Shown here: in pieces, positions 62,978 through 64,000 of the stretch
How positions within the stretch are numbered: the first letter of the stretch is position 1
Layout of the letters: the number at the start of each line of letters is the position of its first letter
Assembly: GCF_028641065.1 (NCBI RefSeq)
Contig: NC_073389.1
Coordinates: 22,940,001-23,004,000 of the forward strand
Direction: 5' to 3'
Origin: Leucoraja erinacea
Lineage: Eukaryota
DNA length: 64,000 bases
The notes under the pieces: generated by a model
The model's database searches: none
Told to the model about the DNA's origin: nothing
What the model saw: the letters and a program-made list of their open reading frames with translations, nothing else
Program-made: the position numbers and the translations under genes

Positions 62978-63712
62978 AATGGCTGCCTCGCCAGCAGTCT
63001 GTCTATCCCTTCCTTCTTAGTTGATAGTTTGTATGTGTTAAGTGGATATTTTTAGTGTTCTTTAGCTTGTTTTATGTGGGGGGATGGGGGCGGGGGGGAG
63101 TTGGGGGATTTTTTTTTTCTAATCTCTTACCTCGACGGAGATGCGATTTTTTTCCCGTACGTATCTCCGTCTGCACTGCGGCCTAACATCAAGGAGCTGG
63201 CGACTTTTGCCGGAGGCCGACTTTGAGAGCTCCACCGCGGGAGTCTGCGCACTTAACATCACGGAGCCCACCATCCCATTCCCAGGTATCGACCTCGGAT
63301 CTCCAACCGTGGGTACATGTGGACTTTAACATCACGGAGCTCGCGGCCTCTGGTTAGAGACCGACTTTCGGGAGCTCCAAGCCGCAGAAGCTTCCATCGC
63401 CCCGGCCTGGGGACTTCGACCGCCCCGACCCGGGGACTTCAACCGCCGGCTGCGGGACCTTCGATCACCCCGACTGCAGATAATTCAATTGCCCCGACCG
63501 CAGCGGAAACAAATGAGGAAGAAGCTTGGACTTTATTGCCTTCCATCACAGTGAGGAATGTGGGGAATCTGCTGTGGTGGATGTTTATGTTAACTTTTAT
63601 GTAGTTGTGTGTCTTGTTGCTTTTTTTTCGTATGGCTGTACGATAATTCGAATTTCAATGTACCTTCACTGTACATGTGACAATAAACTGACCTTGAAAC
63701 CTTGACCTTGAA
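62978..63712 (+). mobile_element. Unclassified CpG-rich non-coding retroposon with LINE-like 3' tail
   Basis: The 5' part matches 19632-19910. The 3' part ttgccttccatcacagtg...gatgtttatgt...tgtgtgtcttg matches 1320-1470. It ends gtgacaataaactgaccttgaaaccttgaccttga. Confidence 0.65.
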
Positions 63713-64000
63713 CAAAAATCTTTTCACCTCGGTACACGTGACAAGAATGAACTAAACTAGTAACTCAGAACCCAAGAAGGGTCCCGACTCAAAATGTCAC
63801 ATATCCATGCTCTCCAGGGATACTGCCTGACCCGCTGAGTTACTCCAGCACTTTGTGTCCTTCTTTGTAAACCAGTATCTGCAGTTCCTTGTTTCTTGGA
63901 ATTATACAATCTTGATGTTTTTATTGATGGCCGTGTACAGACCATCATACAAAGCAGCAAACTACAGCATCCTTGTCTCTGCTGCAAAATCCTTGTTTTT

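Overview
This is AT-rich vertebrate DNA, and its repeat content (HE1/V-SINEs with (AAACT)n tails, CR1 LINEs, Penelope-derived repeats) points to a cartilaginous fish, probably a skate or ray (inference). The only host coding sequence I can support is one 664-bp internal exon at 50553-51216 (+), encoding most of the ligand-binding domain and the start of the Cys-rich region of an EphA receptor, best matching EPHA6 exon 3. The rest is most likely the flanking introns, densely filled with mobile elements. Main observations: (1) a structurally complete but decayed DIRS1-type tyrosine-recombinase retrotransposon with ITRs and an internal complementary region (22784-27456); (2) a non-autonomous Helitron family in three copies, two of which carry a module resembling a Pol II core promoter (G-rich box, TATAAAA, Inr at +29/30) followed by copy-specific minisatellites; (3) more than 15 Penelope-derived repeats, many of them fold-back, whose centre matches a minimal hammerhead-ribozyme core; (4) a young, nearly intact 5'-truncated RTEX-like LINE; (5) Harbinger-type MITEs, Tc1 IR/DR ends and several nested insertions. 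All family assignments are from motif recognition by eye, without database searches. Repeat boundaries are approximate unless termini are quoted.
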